This document shows positions 62,441 through 64,000 of a DNA stretch of 64,000 nucleotides, piece after piece. The translations under genes were made by a program, and so were the position numbers. Source of the DNA: Armatimonadota bacterium (GTDB lineage Bacteria > Sysuimicrobiota > Sysuimicrobiia > Sysuimicrobiales > Kaftiobacteriaceae). Where the stretch lies: contig JBBIUY010000008.1 in the NCBI GenBank assembly GCA_037440005.1, positions 1 to 64,000 on the forward strand, read 5' to 3'. Each line of letters begins with the position of its first letter. Within the stretch, counting starts at the first letter, position 1. The notes beneath the pieces were generated by a model, which was given only the letters and a program-made list of their open reading frames with translations, made no database searches and was not told the DNA's origin.

Positions 62441-64000
62441 ATGAGCGCCAGCGCCACCGTCACCCTGACCATCGACGGCCGCACGGTCACCGTGCCCCGG
62501 GGGACCACCGTCTACCAGGCGGCCCGGGCGGCGGGGATCGACATCCCCATCTTCTGCTACCACGACCGCATGCCGCCCCTGGGGGCGTGCCGGATGTGCC
62601 TGGTGAAGGTGGAGAAGATGCCGCGGCTGCAGACCTCCTGCACCCTGGAGGCCGCCGACGGCATGGTGGTGTCCACCACCGCCCCCGAGGTGGTGGCCGG
62701 CCAGCGGGCGATTCTGGAGTTTTTGCTCATCAACCACCCGCTGGACTGTCCCATCTGCGATAAGGGGGGCGAGTGCCCCCTGCAGGACCAGACGGTGCGC
62801 TACGGCCCGGGGCGCAGCCGCTTCGTGGAGCCCAAGCGCGACTTCGCCAAGCCGGTGTCTTTGGGGCCGGTCCTGGTCCTGGACCGGGAACGGTGCATCC
62901 TGTGCTGGCGGTGCGTGCGCTTCGGGGAGCTGGTGGCCGGCGACGACGCGCTGAAGGGCTTTGAGCGGGGGTTCCGCAGCGAGATCAACACGCCGTTCAC
63001 CCTCCCGGTGCAGTCCAAGTTCATCGGCAACACCATCGCCATCTGCCCGGTGGGGGCCCTCACGGCCCGCCCGTACCGGTTCGTGGCGCGCCCCTGGGAC
63101 AACCGGCCGGTGGCCAGCACCTGCACCCTGTGCGGGGTGGGCTGCGCGGTGGAGTTCGACGTCCGCGACGGGCAGGTGGTGCGGGTGCGGGCGCGGGAGG
63201 AGCCGGCGGTCAACGACATCTGGCTGTGCGACCTGGGATTTTTCGGGCACGCCGCCGTCTCCCACCCCGACCGCCTGCGCACGCCGTTGGTGCGCCGGGA
63301 CGGCCTGCTGGTGGAGGCGTCCTGGGACGAGGCCCTGGACTACGTGGCCTCCCGGCTGCGGGCCGCCCCCCGGGGACGGGTGGCGGCCCTGGGCGGGGCG
63401 CGGCTGACCACCGAGGACGCGTACGTGGCCGCCCGGTTCTTCCGCGCGGTGGTGGGCACCCCGCACCTGGACCACCGGGTGGACGCCGCGCCGGGGTCCG
63501 CCAGCCTGCTGGTGGGCTGGGGCATGCGCCGCCCCCTGGGAGACCTGGACGAGGCCGACGTGGTGGTCCTGGTGGGCTGCGACGTCACCGAGGAGTACCC
63601 GGTGCTGTGGCTGCGCCTGCGGCGCGCCGTCGACCGCGGCGCCGCGGTGGTGGCCGTCACCCCGCGGCGGCTGGAGGTGGACCGGTTCCTGCGGGCGCAC
63701 CTGGTGCACCGGTTCGGGGAGGGCGCTCAGGTCCTGGACGCGCTGCTGGGAAGCGCCGCCGGCGCCGCGGGCGGCGTGGATCCTGCCGCCCTGGCCGCGG
63801 CCACCGCGGCCGTGCAGGACGCCCGCCGCCCGGTGGTGATGGTGGGGCGGCTGGCCCTGGAGGCTCCCGACGGCATCGAGATCCTGCGGCGGGTCCGGGA
63901 GCTGGCGGCGCGCTGGGGCGTGCCGGTGGACGTCCTGCGGGGCAAGGGCAACGCCTGGGGGGCCGCCCTGGCCGGCCTGCTGCCCGATGCCGCCCCCGGA
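62441..64000 (+). CDS. nuoG: NADH-quinone oxidoreductase subunit G, 5' part (runs off the window)
   Basis: ATG at 62441: IPIFCYH..GACRMCLV..TSC, NHPLDCPICDKGGECPLQDQ, RCILCWRCVRF, ICPVGAL, CTLCGVGC..WLCD. Absent from the ORF track because there is no stop in the window. Confidence 0.95.
   Translation, partial: MSASATVTLTIDGRTVTVPRGTTVYQAARAAGIDIPIFCYHDRMPPLGACRMCLVKVEKMPRLQTSCTLEAADGMVVSTTAPEVVAGQRAILEFLLINHPLDCPICDKGGECPLQDQTVRYGPGRSRFVEPKRDFAKPVSLGPVLVLDRERCILCWRCVRFGELVAGDDALKGFERGFRSEINTPFTLPVQSKFIGNTIAICPVGALTARPYRFVARPWDNRPVASTCTLCGVGCAVEFDVRDGQVVRVRAREEPAVNDIWLCDLGFFGHAAVSHPDRLRTPLVRRDGLLVEASWDEALDYVASRLRAAPRGRVAALGGARLTTEDAYVAARFFRAVVGTPHLDHRVDAAPGSASLLVGWGMRRPLGDLDEADVVVLVGCDVTEEYPVLWLRLRRAVDRGAAVVAVTPRRLEVDRFLRAHLVHRFGEGAQVLDALLGSAAGAAGGVDPAALAAATAAVQDARRPVVMVGRLALEAPDGIEILRRVRELAARWGVPVDVLRGKGNAWGAALAGLLPDAAPG

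Overview
Very GC-rich (visually >70%) bacterial chromosomal segment with about 62 compact genes. I see no integrase, transposase, phage gene or CRISPR array. Main blocks: (1) peptide-type ABC permeases, HAD hydrolase, cyclase, CoA-transferase and fused accD-accA; (2) a divergent molybdenum-hydroxylase cluster with two form-II-type CoxL-like large subunits, coxM/S/G/D/E/F-like genes, mocA, DUF2877 and an acetoacetate-CoA ligase; (3) an SLH/SPOR/NAGPA envelope protein, a probable 10-aa Lys-rich micro-gene and a HEAT-repeat/HD-GYP pair; (4) tRNA-Asp and tRNA-Phe followed directly by a fluoride riboswitch that leads an uncharacterised operon (two paralogous RHH-like coiled-coil proteins, a DUF6062-like protein and an MFS transporter); (5) arsR-arsN2-arsM; (6) proC under a T-box with an ultrashort Stem I; (7) DEAD-box helicase, RRM protein, a degenerate LAGLIDADG protein and a HelY-like helicase; (8) three genes bracketed by inverted composite octamer/heptamer repeats; (9) thyX with tandem NrdR-like boxes; (10) iscS and the start of the nuo operon (A, B, C, D, fused EF, partial G). 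All calls come from reading motifs by eye; no database searches were run. Many start codons were re-chosen from RBS and homology and are approximate.
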